From Octopus sinensis (lineage: Eukaryota), in assembly GCF_006345805.1 (NCBI RefSeq), contig NC_042998.1, forward strand, positions 204,538,001-204,602,000: 64,000 bases of DNA. Reading direction: 5' to 3'. Both the position numbers and the translations under genes were made by a program. Positions 63,724 through 64,000 of the stretch are shown here, piece by piece; position 1 is the stretch's first letter; every line of letters begins with the position of its first letter. Under the pieces are notes generated by a model. It did not search any database. It worked only from the letters and a program-made list of their open reading frames with translations, and was not told the origin of the DNA.

Positions 63724-64000
63724 TTCACTAGGATTATAATCAAGATTGGTTGTGTAAATGCGCGTGGCTTGGGGTTCCCTTGGAAACAAGGGTACCTCTT
63801 AAATGACATAAAGTCACACAAGTTAGAAATCATAGCCATAAGTGAGACCAGACTCCACAATCCGCGGGCCCTAAAGACCATGTTTGGCGGACAGTTCAAC
63901 ATTTATTTTCCCTCCTGTCTTCCAAGGATGGGCGGTAGTGGCACCGCAGTACTTTTTCGCAAGAGTCTGGATCTCAAAGTAAAGACAATATTCGTAGACC
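63724..64000 (+). CDS. L1/Tx1-clade ORF2 APE endonuclease N-terminus, open to the window edge
   Basis: KIGCVNARGLGFPWKQGYLLNDIKSHKLEIIAISETRL...GGSGTAVLFRKSLDLKVKTIFVD: 92 stop-free codons with the N.RGL and E catalytic motifs. No ATG-start ORF, so it is absent from the track. Confidence 0.85.

Overview
This is AT-rich, repeat-dense eukaryotic DNA, not a prokaryotic locus. The SINE, RTE and mariner families and the microsatellite load match an octopus (coleoid cephalopod) genome; the species assignment is recognition from memory, not a search result. One 100-N scaffold gap lies at 50400-50499. Almost all ORFs in the supplied track are microsatellite or antisense-repeat artefacts. Supportable content: (1) part of a minus-strand host gene, with a well-bounded coding exon at 3626-4013, a probable next exon at 643-715 and a candidate CpG-rich promoter/first exon near 26.3-26.6 kb; (2) decayed TEs, including a Tc1-type element with DD36E-like spacing, mariner fragments, an RTE LINE with an intact PHD finger inside its RT region, CR1-type 3' ends, three R4/Dong-type fragments, an L1/Tx1 endonuclease ORF running off the right edge, a short LTR with a tRNA-Trp PBS, piggyBac/hAT-type MITEs and a Helentron-like element; (3) dozens of tRNA-derived SINEs; (4) three minimal hammerhead-ribozyme motifs, one downstream of a tRNA-like Pol III head in a palindromic element; (5) several long near-perfect fold-back hairpins and a 63-nt 28S rRNA fragment. 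The best candidate for an undescribed system is the tRNA-headed, hammerhead-bearing retroelement at 17.9-18.2 kb, together with the tandem/inverted hammerhead element at 31.0-31.5 kb.
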